Source of the DNA: Colwellia maritima
GTDB lineage: Bacteria; Pseudomonadota; Gammaproteobacteria; Enterobacterales; Alteromonadaceae
Direction of reading: 5' to 3'
NCBI RefSeq assembly: GCF_022669015.1
Contig: NZ_JAKKSL010000001.1
Span: forward strand, 600,059 to 664,058
Length of the DNA stretch: 64,000 bases
Part shown: one piece after another, positions 44,089 to 55,412 of the stretch
How the letters are laid out: each line of letters opens with the position of its first letter
Numbering within the stretch: the first letter of the stretch is position 1
Notes under the pieces: generated by a model
Database searches by the model: none
The model's input: the letters and a program-made list of their open reading frames with translations, nothing else
Told to the model about the DNA's origin: nothing
Position numbers and translations under genes: made by a program

Positions 44089-44673
44089 ATGAGTGATGCA
44101 GAACAAACACGCCAAAAAATTCTTGAAGTAGCTGCCGATGAAATTCATCAGCATGGCTTTCAAGCAACTAGTTTGTCTACCACACTGAATCGTTGTGGTA
44201 TTTCTAAAGGTGCGCTGTATTATCATTTTACTAATAAGTTAGAACTAGGGTATGCGGTATTTGAAGAGATTTATGTACCTAGCTTTCTAGCTACCTGGCA
44301 GCCTGCTTTGAGTCAAACTGATCCTATAGAAGGTTTATGTGAATTTTTCACATCAATGTGCGAGTCTATGGTGTGTAGTGAGGCTGTTTGCGGTTGTCCG
44401 TTAAATAATCTTTGTGAAGAAATGGCGAATGTTGATGAAGGTTTTCGGTTGAAGGTTTTGTCAATGCAAGAGAAGCTCAATACACTGATTGTTGAGGCTT
44501 TAACTCGTGTAGAAGGTGAACTTCGTGAGGGGTTAAAATTTTCTCAGGTTGCTTATTTTATTGTTTCAACTTTTCATGGTGCTACCTCGTTAAGTAAAAG
44601 TTCACGTAATAAAGAGTTATATCAACAAGTTATTTTAGAACTTTGTTTATATATTCGTGCGTTAAAACAGTAA
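44089..44673 (+). CDS. TetR family regulator
   Basis: HTH ...HQHGFQATSLSTTLNRCGISKGALYYHFTNK. Confidence 0.8.
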   Translation: MSDAEQTRQKILEVAADEIHQHGFQATSLSTTLNRCGISKGALYYHFTNKLELGYAVFEEIYVPSFLATWQPALSQTDPIEGLCEFFTSMCESMVCSEAVCGCPLNNLCEEMANVDEGFRLKVLSMQEKLNTLIVEALTRVEGELREGLKFSQVAYFIVSTFHGATSLSKSSRNKELYQQVILELCLYIRALKQ

Positions 44674-44723
44674 CGCACTATCAATTATTGTTATTAAAAA
44701 ATATTTTTTATAAAAATGGGTTA

Positions 44724-44780
44724 CAAACCGAACGGTCGGTGTTATTATTCTTATATTGAATATACCGAGCGGTCGGTTTG
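44724..44780. promoter_or_regulatory. Two further copies of the ACCGA-N4-TCGGT palindrome (44724..44740 and 44764..44780) in the promoter region of the mlaC-like gene
   Basis: CAAACCGAACGGTCGGTG and ACCGAGCGGTCGGTTTG have the same core as the site at 44024. Confidence 0.4.
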
Positions 44781-44831
44781 TTGTTGGGTAACAATAGTAG
44801 CTGACCGATTAACGCCTTCAGGGAGTAATAA

Positions 44832-45444
44832 TATGCTACGCCTAACCAATATTTTGATGATATTTGTATTATCATTTTCACTGTCTGCCTTTTCGTCTGA
44901 ACCATCAGCGCCTTCACCTTATGCCGTTTTAGAGAATGTTGGTAATAAGCTATTTAATCGTATTGCAGCAAGCCGCCAAGAAATAAATAAATTTCCATCA
45001 TTGATGCAAGACATAGTTGAAGAAGAACTGATGCCTTCAATAGATTATCAATATGCGTCATATCGCATTTTAGGTAAGCATTTAAGAAAAACTAGCGCAG
45101 CACAACGCGAGCAGTTTGTTAGCTCTATGCGTAATTATTTGTCAAGAACCTATGCAACAGCATTGACGAAGTATAAAAATCAACAAGTTATTTTTGAGCC
45201 TGAAAAATCGGTAGCTAACAAGAAGATTGTCGGGATAAAAATGCAAATTGTTGAGCTCAATAACCCCACAATAGATGTTATTTTTAAAATGAGAAAAAAT
45301 AAAAAAACTGGGGAATGGAAAGCTTTTGATATGGTAGTTGAAGGTATTTCTTTACTAAGTAGCAAAGAAGCTGAATTGAGTACCCGAATTGCTAAACAAG
45401 GTATTGAACAAGTGTCTGTTGAGTTAGCGTCAATTGCAAAATAG
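44832..45444 (+). CDS. MlaC/Ttg2D-family periplasmic phospholipid-binding protein
   Basis: Signal peptide, colinear with E. coli MlaC (…W.AFDM..EG.S......E....). Confidence 0.7.
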
Positions 45445-45505
45445 TGTAGGCATTTATTAAGCGCGGCTTAAGTCTTGCCTACCATTTATATTATCGCTTT
45501 TGTCT

Positions 45506-47937
45506 TTATCTAGCGATACTCTGTAAAACTTCAATTGACACTAAGTTAGTGACAGACGATTTCAGTTCATCCATTGTAGAACAAACAACAAGTAAACCTT
45601 CGTCATTCAAGGTCATATAACCCTGCTCTCGTAGTGTATTAATTAACGTGGCCTGTGCTTTTTTATCAATAAATTCTGGCGCAGTAATATTGTTTAATAC
45701 GGCTAAGCGCTTAGCAATAGCCACAACTTTCTCCTCTAATTCTCGTCTTGAAAGCGGTGCTAAACGTGTCGCTAATGAGGTGATGATTGCTAACCTTTGT
45801 AGGCTTTCATCAATACATTCCGCGAGTAAATGTACTTGATTAAGCTGAGGAGTATTATCGATTAAAGACCAAAAATTTGCTTTGGTTTGCTTAATGACAC
45901 CGTTGCCTTCTAATGCTATCAGTAAACTTTCAACTTGCTGTGTAATTTGCTGAGGTGTTTGCCACAGAAATAAGTCTGTTTTTAGGGTTTTCAATAAACT
46001 AATTGTTTGGGAAATTATTTTCTCATGAGATATTTTGCTGTTATGTGTCAATAACCTACATACTAAAGAACTTAATGCGTAAGTGTGCAATATATTATTA
46101 CGGTAATAACGCATTTCTAAACTAGCAGAATCATCAAGTGAAATAATGGTACCAAAACTGTCTTGACACAGGGTTACCTTGTTGAGAGAAATAACATGTT
46201 CAAGTAATTCAGCTCCGTTTTCTTCTGGTATAGTTAAATGTTCACTGTAGGGTGCTTCACGCTGAATAGTCAGGAAAAAATCTAAGTGTTTTTCAAGGTC
46301 AGCCTTAGCTAGCGCTTTGTTTTCGCAAGCATGTAAAATTAAGGCAACCAACGCCACACCGTTCAATGCAGCGCATTGGTTAATGCGGGTCATTAACTGA
46401 TTTGATATTTCGTTAACGGTAGGTGTTAACCAATTCGGCTTTTGTGGATCAAATGGGTCTATGGCTTCTTTCCACTTGGTACTTTCTCGTTTAAATAACT
46501 ATTAATATTGATAGGGTCGCCGAAGTTTACATAGCCATTACCATAATTTCGTAAGCTTTTAATTGCTTTTAACACGCCAAAAATAGATTCGTTTTTCTTG
46601 GCGCTACCGCTTAACTCTTTATGATAGGTGCCTACTTCCATGACATGTTCATAGCCTAAATACACAGGAACTAAGGTTAATGGGCGATCTATTCCGCGCA
46701 GAAGGCTTTGAATGGTCATTACTAACATGCCTGTTTTTGGCGGTAATAACCTACCTGTGCGACTTCTTCCACCTTCGGTATAATATTTAACGGAATAACC
46801 ACGTTCAAATAATAAGCTTAGGTATTCACGAAAAATAGTAGAATATAAACGGTTGCCAAGCAAAGCTTCGGCGGATAAAAAAGGCACCACCTTTTCTAAA
46901 AATGGTGCCTGCCGGCCAGAAATTTAGGTTAATACCGGCTATACGTGGCATAACTAAACCTTCTTGAATAATGACATAAGAAAGTAATAAGTAATCCATG
47001 TGGCTTCTATGGCAAGGTACATAGATAATTTCGTGACCGTCTTGTGCTAATTTTCTTAATACTTGTGAATTGTTGACTTTTATATTGGTATATAAACGCC
47101 CCCATAGCCGCCTTAAAAAGCGTTCCCCTAAACGAACTAATGAAACGCTATAATCGCCCGCTATTTCATCCATCATAGCAAAGGCTTGTTTTTTGACTTT
47201 ATCAGTACTGATATTTTTATTTTTGGCTTCATCTTTAATAATGCGTTTTACCGTGGGTTAGCGAATAAAGCGGTAAACATTTGTTGGCGATGAAGTAGTC
47301 GCGGCCCCTTGGCTGCAATGTTTTGACGATGAAAATGAAAACGCGCCACACGCAGTAACTTGTGAGCGGTTGCTTCGTTATTTCCGTGATTATCAGACAT
47401 TATTCTTAATGAGAGTGCTTCGCTATAACGAATTAAGTTATCGCGACCGAGAAAGAGAACTATAAAGAATTTTCTTAGCCAAGTAGGGGAAGCTTGCTCG
47501 GCTAATAAAGAGGAAACATTAGCGTTGTTTTTTTCTTGTGTTGGTATGCGCCCCCAAATAAGATTAACGGGGATAAGTTGTGCATCAAGGGTTTTGTTAT
47601 TGTGATGTTGATTGAGAATTTCTAACCCTTGCTGTAGTGCTTTAGTTTTACCGCGTTTTAAGCCAAGAATCGATGTAGGTTTGGCTAAACATAAAGTGCG
47701 ATCAAATAGCGTGTTGTTTATTTTTACCTTGCTTAACGGATCAGGCAGTTTTTGTTGTTTACATGCCTTTTGCAAGGCAAGCAAATCACTAGCTGACTGA
47801 TGGCTGATAACATAAAAAATGGGTTTTGATGCTGTTTCAACGGGCGTTTGTGCATCTAGCACTATTTTGCTACGAACAAATAAACGTAGAGGAAGTTTCA
47901 ATAAAAAGTAAAAAGAAGAACGCAGTACAGATGTCAT
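45506..47937 (-). pseudogene. plsB: Glycerol-3-phosphate acyltransferase PlsB, fragmented by at least 3 frameshifts (ORFs 47248..47937, 46826..47176, 46459..46890, 45506..46393)
   Basis: The four ORFs are colinear with E. coli PlsB, including the HXXXXD motif region [15 protein letters not shown] and [10 protein letters not shown]. Confidence 0.85.
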
Positions 47938-48073
47938 GATAACTAATATTAACCGTGTGAGAAACTCAAAAGAGAAAGTTCATCATTATAAGTGTTGTTA
48001 TTGCAAAATTACATAGTTTAACAATGAATAAGTTGATTTATACCAATTCTATTCGGCTTTGATGTCAATTATG

Positions 48074-49093
48074 CTAGGCACAAATACAACGATTTCGTCC
48101 AGAATTTTTAGCTTGATAAAGCGCATCGTCAGCTTGTTTAAAGAGGTTGTTCCAGTCAGATACATTTTTATTATCTGCAATGCCAATGGAAACAGAAATA
48201 GAGGGTAAGTAGGCATTTGTCTCTTTTCTAATTAGCCTCATTTTTTCAATGGCAAGACGTATTTTTTCGGCGATTAAGGTAGCTTCAGATGTTGATTTAT
48301 TCGCAATCACTACAACAAACTCCTCACCTCCAAAACGCACCGCTAGGTCTTGCTCGCTAATATGGTTGGTTATAATTTTAGCAATACGCTGTATGACTTG
48401 ATCACCAACAAAATGACCAAAATCATCATTGATTGTTTTAAAGTGATCAATATCAATGGCCGGCGAAGAGTGGGTTTGTGAAAAGGGTAATGCTTGTAAC
48501 TTCTCATCACAACCACGGCGGTTTAGTAATCCTGTTAATGAATCAACCAATGCTTCTTGTCGTGAAGAAGCAAGTTTACTTTTTAATTGATTAATCTCTT
48601 GTTGCGTTGTCGATAGCTCTTTAGATAAAGCTTGGTGTTGAGTTGTAGAATAATTTATAGTTTCGGAAAGAAAAGATACAACATGTTTAAGTGATTGATT
48701 ATGTTCTTTATTTTTCAATATAGTGTTTAACTTTTGTAAACTTTTTGAGACCTTTTGTTCATTGCCTACTTGTTGATTAATGTGACTTAACATATTTGTT
48801 AACGTTTTTTCAAAAGGGGAAATAACATTGTTTTCAATTTGTTCACTAAAAGACACATAACGTTTAAATAAATCGGCTATAAAGTCAGCGGTTATTACCG
48901 TTTTTTGTTTAAGTTGCTTGTCAATGGCTGCACTCAATAACTTATTTTCATTACTTATATAAAGATAAATAACAGAATAATTAACCGGAGTCGGTGGTAT
49001 AGAATGGCTAGAAAGAAAGTCGTGAGTTAACTCACTAAAATTAGAAGACACCTGATAGTTATGTTCGAAAGACATTATTAACCCCCAAACCAC
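48074..49093 (-). CDS. GGDEF-domain diguanylate cyclase with an N-terminal coiled-coil sensor region
   Basis: GGEEF active site (RFGGEEFVVV), an I-site-like RxxD upstream, and the product-binding region. Confidence 0.85.
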   Translation of the reverse strand: MVWGLIMSFEHNYQVSSNFSELTHDFLSSHSIPPTPVNYSVIYLYISNENKLLSAAIDKQLKQKTVITADFIADLFKRYVSFSEQIENNVISPFEKTLTNMLSHINQQVGNEQKVSKSLQKLNTILKNKEHNQSLKHVVSFLSETINYSTTQHQALSKELSTTQQEINQLKSKLASSRQEALVDSLTGLLNRRGCDEKLQALPFSQTHSSPAIDIDHFKTINDDFGHFVGDQVIQRIAKIITNHISEQDLAVRFGGEEFVVVIANKSTSEATLIAEKIRLAIEKMRLIRKETNAYLPSISVSIGIADNKNVSDWNNLFKQADDALYQAKNSGRNRCICA

Positions 49094-49297
49094 GCGCTAA
49101 GTTGTTATTTGTAGAAAGATCTATTTGATTAAATTTATTCTTAATTCAACTCAGCACAATAAATTAATCAATTTAGTATAGAATACTCTAACCCTATCTC
49201 AATGTAGTAACAAGTGATTATACATAATACGTGACGATATTAGGTGGAATAATTGTATCGTGGCTTAGATGTCACACCATTCTAAAAAGGAAATTTT

Positions 49298-49777
49298 ATG
49301 CAAAAAATCGCGGTTTTTGTTGACGTACAAAATATTTATTACACCACCAGAGATGCCTTTCATCGGCAATTCAACTATCGGTTATTGTGGCAAGAATTAA
49401 TGGCTCAGGGGGACATTGTTCAAGCCAATGCTTATGCAATTCAGCGTAGTGATGATCAACAGCATAAGTTCCAAAAAGCACTAAAACATATTGGTTTTAA
49501 TGTTAAATTGAAGCCTTTTATTCAACGTAGTGATGGTTCAGCAAAAGGTGATTGGGATGTAGGGATTACAATTGATGTATTAACCGCGGCGGCTCAGGGG
49601 AATATTGACACTATCGTGCTGTTGTCGGGTGACGGTGATTTTGATTTATTATTAAATCACGTTAAAGCTGAATTTGGTGTGAAAACTATCGTGTATGGTG
49701 TGTCTGATTTGACCGCTAATTCATTGATTAATGCGGCAGATGAGTATTATAAAATAGAAGCAAGCTTGTTGCTTTAG
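49298..49777 (+). CDS. NYN/LabA-like (PIN-related) domain protein
   Basis: KIAVFVDVQN...D...VLLSGDGDF pattern of the NYN (PF01936) acidic active site. Confidence 0.65.
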   Translation: MQKIAVFVDVQNIYYTTRDAFHRQFNYRLLWQELMAQGDIVQANAYAIQRSDDQQHKFQKALKHIGFNVKLKPFIQRSDGSAKGDWDVGITIDVLTAAAQGNIDTIVLLSGDGDFDLLLNHVKAEFGVKTIVYGVSDLTANSLINAADEYYKIEASLLL

Positions 49778-49838
49778 TAGTAAAGATGAAATAAGAAGTA
49801 ACACCTTGTATGTGTTACTTCTATTAAATGTGTCTTAA

Positions 49839-50267
49839 TTATTTAAATTTAACTAATGTGCCTTTCAATGCCACACCGACCATTACCGAGCCAACACCAC
49901 ATTCAAATTCAGTTTCACTAGCAAAGTGTCTATTTTTATAATTAGATTCAATATTCACTACTGCGTCCATACCTTCACGTACTGCACGTTCTTGTAACGC
50001 TTTTAATGCGCTTAACATAACCCATTCACAAGCTTCAGTGTCTGATTTCATGAAAGCATTCGTTTTTTTATTGGTGGACACTTCGCCATATTTTTTAGCG
50101 ACGGCTTTGTGTTTTTGCGTTGCAAAGTACAAAGGGATATCCAATAGTACTTCTTTGGCTTTTGATGATTCAAGCAGCTGAGATACTGAGTATTTACCCA
50201 CATCATCACGCGCAGAGGCTGAAGCAGCTAGGGTTGCGAGTACTGCTGCTAAAATTAGTTTTTTCAT
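49839..50267 (-). CDS. Hypothetical periplasmic or lipoprotein
   Basis: Signal peptide. I recognise no family. Confidence 0.35.
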   Translation of the reverse strand: MKKLILAAVLATLAASASARDDVGKYSVSQLLESSKAKEVLLDIPLYFATQKHKAVAKKYGEVSTNKKTNAFMKSDTEACEWVMLSALKALQERAVREGMDAVVNIESNYKNRHFASETEFECGVGSVMVGVALKGTLVKFK

Positions 50268-50549
50268 TTTATTTCATTTCCTTGATAGTAGTAAAAATGC
50301 TAAAGATGTTAGATGCAAAAAATATATTAATGGTAAAGAATCAAATAATCCAGTGCATTATTTTTTTAAGTTGTATTAAAGCTTGGTTTTCCTCTTCATG
50401 TTTTCCTTCATAGTACACACTGACATAATTTTTTTGTACTTAATATAAAGTGTGATTTTAATTTCAATGGAGTAATTAGGCCCTCTCGCAATTGTTCCCT
50501 CTTTAGGTATATACTTAATAAAATTAAAAAAACTGACCAAGTAACGCTG

Positions 50550-51447
50550 TTGAATGCTATTGAAATTAGCCAATTAAGCTATAAATACCCTCAAAATAAT
50601 TATTATTCTTTGCATGATGTTTCTCTCAATATTAGAGCCCAATGTTGTACAGGCATTATAGGACCTAATGGGGCGGGTAAATCTACATTTATTTCTGCTT
50701 TATGCGGTTTAATACCTAGCTTTGAAGGAAGTATTGAATACCCAAGTATGTCTGGTAAATCTAAAGCATTAATTGATTGTGTGAAAGATAAAGTGTCCTT
50801 GGTTCCACAAGAATATGCTTTTTATCCGCAGTTAACTGTTTTACAAAACTTACATTATTTTTTATCGCTTTGTTGTATTCATAACAGTGAATGGAAAATA
50901 TTCGGCGGATATTCTTGCTCAATGTGAGTTAAACGAAGTAAAAAATCACAAAGCTAAAAATTTATCGGGTGGTTATAAACGTCGGCTAAATATAGCCATT
51001 GCGTTGGTAAAAAAGCCTGAAGTATTGTTTTTAGATGAACCTACCGTGGGTATTGATCCTGAATCAAGAGCTGTAATTATTAGATTACTCGAATCATTTA
51101 AATTACAAGGGAAAACGTTATTATTTACTTCTCATATGTTAGATGAAGTAGAGAAAATTTGTGATGATATTATTGTTTTTCGTGATGGTAAGGCGCAAAT
51201 GAACGAAAAACATCAGCAAGAGAATATTTTACTTACTGTGCGTTTTAATCAATCACCTGATAATCTTGATTTTTTAACTATATATGAGCAAAGTGCGAAC
51301 AACACATACCAAATTGTACTTAATTCACCTGAAGCGTTAGCGGCTCAATTACAACAGCTAACGCAAGTTGCCCATCAAATAATTAACATAAATTATTCAG
51401 CTAATTCTGTAGAGCGCATTTACAATCACACGCAGGCGCCTAAATGA
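50550..51447 (+). CDS. ABC transporter ATP-binding protein (ABC-2 type exporter; frameshift near 50900)
   Basis: Walker A GPNGAGKST, signature LSGGYKRRL and Walker B LFLDEP are split between ORFs 50550..50927 and 50887..51447. Confidence 0.8.
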
Positions 51448-52604
51448 TATTAAACAGTTTAAAAAAAGAAGCGCTGATTATATTAAGTGATATTCATAGT
51501 ATTGGCGTATTATTAATTTTGCCAGTTGCGTTTATGTTGATAATGACATTTGCAATGAGTGGTCAATCACAAGATGCCATAGGCAAAATTACGGTAAAGG
51601 TAAGTAGCACAGAGAATCATCTCTATGTGACTGCTTATCAACAGTATTTACAACAGCAAGGCTTTATAATATCAGACAAGAATAATGCTGCAGATTTGTT
51701 AATATCGTTACCCAATGATTTTGAAAAAAATATTAACGGGATTAACAGCTAAATCTATTGTTTTGACAATAAAAGAAACGATCACCCCATCAATGCAACC
51801 TATGGTTATTCAACTAGTGCACGGGGCTTTTTCAAAACTACGATTACATGCATACATGTTAGATATAGGCGACTTGAATGATCAAGCGCCTTTACAAGAT
51901 CAAATAAGTGAAATAGATAAAAATACTAATGTTGAACAGTTTTTTTTAATTGATGAACTCGATCAACCGCTTACATCGGCAACGCTTTATAGCGTACCGT
52001 CATGGATAATTTTTGGTATCTATTTTATTGTTTTACCCGTGTCTATTACGGTAATAAACGAGCAGAAAAATGGCACGCTTATTCGACTGAAAACATTTCC
52101 AATTAGTACGTCACATTATTTTTTTACTAAGGTTAGTGCTTTTTGTTTATTGAGCTCAATACAGTTTGTCATATTAACCCTTATTGGCATTTTTGCTGTA
52201 CCAGTGCTTACTGCGCAACCTTGACTATTACGGTTAGTTATTGGCCTATTTATTTGTTGTCAGGGCTTGTTATTGTTGTATCAGCCAATGCACTAGCCTT
52301 TATTATTGCAGCTGTAGTCAATAGTTATGAACAAGCCATTGTATTAGGTGGTGGTATTAATATTTTATTAGCAGCGGTTAGTGGGTTTATGGTGCCGATG
52401 AACATCATGCCTGAAATAATGGCTACGATTGCAAGTTACTCTCCGTTATATTGGTCTGCAGAGATCATTCGCGCATCGTTTATAGGAAACAATACAAGCT
52501 TAATTTATACTTACCTAACTAATTTATTACTTTTTAGTGTAGTAAGTTTTACTATGGCGAGATACTTGTTTGTAATGAAAATTAGGAAATTAATGTGGAA
52601 TTAA
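51444..52604 (+). CDS. ABC-2 family transporter permease (two or more frameshifts; ORFs 51444..51752, 51715..52224, 52143..52604)
   Basis: Polytopic membrane ORFs directly downstream of the ATPase and overlapping it by 4 nt. Confidence 0.55.
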
Positions 52605-52903
52605 CACAACCGATTCAATCCAAGCTAGCCCAATTAAAAGATGATCTTAAAAAGCTTATTGTAGAAGAATGTGAAAAAGAAGATGATTTCGCTTGGCAGG
52701 AAATATTAGACGACGAACAATTATTTGGCTCTGACTCGCGTATAAATTTAGATTCACTGGATGGATTACAACTATCACTAGTTTTAAAACGTACTTTTGG
52801 CGTAAAAATAGAAGGTTCTAAAGAAAGCCGTAAGCATTTAACAACCATTAATAGTATTGCAGCCCTTATTGTTGAACAAAGTACTTTTGAGCAAAACAAG
52901 TGA
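52595..52903 (+). CDS. Acyl carrier protein
   Basis: LDSLDGLQL phosphopantetheine-attachment (DSL) motif. The true start is probably downstream of 52595. Confidence 0.65.
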   Translation: MELTQPIQSKLAQLKDDLKKLIVEECEKEDDFAWQEILDDEQLFGSDSRINLDSLDGLQLSLVLKRTFGVKIEGSKESRKHLTTINSIAALIVEQSTFEQNK

Positions 52904-54042
52904 TAGCAAAGCCTGAACGTGTATTTATAAATGCTTCAACCTCAAATAGTGCTTTAGGAAAACAGCAATATTTACCTTCTTCAATGTTTTCTTCTACAAA
53001 AAATGGAGGAATACAGCGCTGTAGTGCCCCAGTAGGCGACCATCAAGTATTGTATTATGCAATGCAGGAACAACCCTCTTTGAATAAAACATTTGAGAAA
53101 ATGATGGGGTTACTCATTGAGCAGGTCGACTTATTATTAGCGCAAACGGCTCTTACGCCAAAACAATTAAACAAAACCATGTTATTTATTGGTTCAACTT
53201 CATTAGATATAGGCTGTATAAAACCTGATAGCAGCCAAGCGATATGGTTGTCTCAAACAGATAAAATAGGGCAATTGTTAGCTGAACACTATGCGTTGCA
53301 TTCATTGCACTTCACCTTTAATACCGCTTGTACCTCTGGCGCTAATGCCTTGCTTTATGCAACAAATTTTATCAAACAAGGTAAAATTGATAATGTCATT
53401 GTTATTGGCTTTGAATTTTTTAACCGACTTTCACTTAATGGATTTGATTCACTTGATTTAATTAGTAAAACAAGCGTAAAGCCTTTTTCTGCTACACGAG
53501 ACGGCTTGATTTTAGGTGAAGGAATTGGCGCGGTTTTACTGTCGAAACATTGCACTGAACATACCCAATTGGAAATACTTGGCGGTTATTCTTCTTGTGA
53601 TGATCACAGTTTAACAATCACTGAAGAAGAAGGTACTCATATCGTTGAGGTGATAAAACAAGCATTACAAAATGCAAGTATTGTACAAAATGATGTTGAT
53701 TTAATAAAAGTTCATGGCACCGCATCGATTAAAAGTGATTTAGCAGAATGTAATGCATTGAATAAATTATTCACGCAGTTACCTAAATCATACGGATTCA
53801 AATCCTTGATTGGTCATACATTAGGCGCTTGTGGTGTCATTGAATTAGCTTTATTTGATCACTGCATTCGCCATGCTTACTTGCCACAATTAACTTATCA
53901 AGAGGATAAATCAGCCCCTCTGTTGTTACCCTTTATTGAGTCTGCTGCTGAATTAATACAATCAAAAATTATGTTATTTAATCATTTTGGTTTTGGAGGC
54001 AATAATGCCGCGTTGATTGTTAAAAAAGTGGAGCCAAGCTAA
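52900..54042 (+). CDS. Beta-ketoacyl-ACP synthase (KAS I/II-like)
   Basis: Active-site Cys in NTACTSGANA, His in VHGTAS and IGHTLGACG. 380 aa. Confidence 0.8.
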   Translation: MIAKPERVFINASTSNSALGKQQYLPSSMFSSTKNGGIQRCSAPVGDHQVLYYAMQEQPSLNKTFEKMMGLLIEQVDLLLAQTALTPKQLNKTMLFIGSTSLDIGCIKPDSSQAIWLSQTDKIGQLLAEHYALHSLHFTFNTACTSGANALLYATNFIKQGKIDNVIVIGFEFFNRLSLNGFDSLDLISKTSVKPFSATRDGLILGEGIGAVLLSKHCTEHTQLEILGGYSSCDDHSLTITEEEGTHIVEVIKQALQNASIVQNDVDLIKVHGTASIKSDLAECNALNKLFTQLPKSYGFKSLIGHTLGACGVIELALFDHCIRHAYLPQLTYQEDKSAPLLLPFIESAAELIQSKIMLFNHFGFGGNNAALIVKKVEPS

Positions 54043-54044
54043 GT

Positions 54045-54656
54045 ATGTGCAAACTAATACTAAAAGCCCATGAGGTTGTGTGCTTTCCTACAATAATGTC
54101 AGACAAAGAAGTCAGAAACGTTGTTAAAAATGAGACAGGGTTTTCAGTACGGCGTTTAGACAATGTTACGTTGATTTCTTTAACGGCTGTGTATCGGTTA
54201 ATGGCTAATAACAAAACGTTACCCCAATTAGCTTTGTACAGTGGCGCAGAGTATATGTCGGTTGAACTTTTTCAGTCAGTAATACTTGCTATGGAAAATA
54301 AAGAAGCTATTCGCCCTTATGATTTTATTGCTACCGTTGGTAATGCTGCTAATTTTTATTTGTCAAAAGAATTTAATATTCAAGGGCCTAATATCTTCAT
54401 TGGCGCGAGTCATAACACATTGTTAAAAGCTAGTTTGTTGGCAGAAACAGATATGTTACAGGGACATTGCCAACAAGCAATAATTGTGATTTGGCAAACT
54501 GATGATAAAGAGCGGCGATGTCATGCATTGTTGGTTGAAAAGGTATCAGATACAGATGCAGCCCTTAAAACATGGCATCATTTTATTGGCACACCTCAAG
54601 AGTTATCTGTATTAGAGAAAGAAGTACAATATCCACTTTTGTTGAATTTGAGTTAG
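54045..54656 (+). CDS. KS N-terminal-like protein lacking the catalytic Cys (chain-length-factor-like partner)
   Basis: IGASHNTLL matches the KS N-domain and no TACxSG is present. It lies immediately after the KS. Confidence 0.5.
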   Translation: MCKLILKAHEVVCFPTIMSDKEVRNVVKNETGFSVRRLDNVTLISLTAVYRLMANNKTLPQLALYSGAEYMSVELFQSVILAMENKEAIRPYDFIATVGNAANFYLSKEFNIQGPNIFIGASHNTLLKASLLAETDMLQGHCQQAIIVIWQTDDKERRCHALLVEKVSDTDAALKTWHHFIGTPQELSVLEKEVQYPLLLNLS

Positions 54657-54799
54657 TATATTTGTTCATTGCATGTTCATAGGAAAATTTATGCTAGTTT
54701 TTAATTACCTTTTTATCCAATGCATGGTCGGGTCTAAATGACAATAATTGCACTCTCAGCGAATATTGAAGCACCGTGGTTTAATGAACAATTTTCCTA

Positions 54800-55387
54800 T
54801 TGGCGGCGCAGCTTAATGAGCAAGAAGCACATCGCTATGTTTTGATGAAAAGTAAACGCAAGCAACAACAAATGTTATTAAGCAGGGCTTTACTTTCCAA
54901 AGCATTGGCTCATTTTGATTGCACACTTAATCGTGCTTATGAAATTTTTAACTACACCACCTTAATCTTAGATAACAAGTCACAAACTTTTGCAATTTCT
55001 ATCACGCACAGTGGTGATATGGCGGCGATTATTTTAAGTGATCAACCCTTAAGATTAGGGATAGATATTGAGCAAATAAAAAAGCGTAATTTTGCTGAAT
55101 TAGCTAAAGAAATATGTACAAAGACAGAATTGGCGTTGATCAAAACCAGAAAAAATATTGAGGCTGATTTTTATCAACTATGGACAGTTAAAGAGTCTTT
55201 AGCAAAAGCAAGTCTAAGGCCATTAACGGATTTATATCAATGCGACTGCTCGGCTGTGCTTATGCATGATCGAACTAGTATTCATTGGCATGGTGTTATC
55301 TATACAGTCACTTGCCTTAATCTTCAGGGCTATAAAATTGCCATCGTGATAGATTCAAAAGAGAAAGTGCTACTTAAACAGATATAA
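54800..55387 (+). CDS. 4'-phosphopantetheinyl transferase (Sfp/EntD type)
   Basis: GIDIE...WTVKESLAKA motifs. The N-terminus is possibly frameshifted. Confidence 0.7.
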   Translation: MAAQLNEQEAHRYVLMKSKRKQQQMLLSRALLSKALAHFDCTLNRAYEIFNYTTLILDNKSQTFAISITHSGDMAAIILSDQPLRLGIDIEQIKKRNFAELAKEICTKTELALIKTRKNIEADFYQLWTVKESLAKASLRPLTDLYQCDCSAVLMHDRTSIHWHGVIYTVTCLNLQGYKIAIVIDSKEKVLLKQI

Positions 55388-55412
55388 CTCTACTAACACT
55401 TTCTAATATAAC

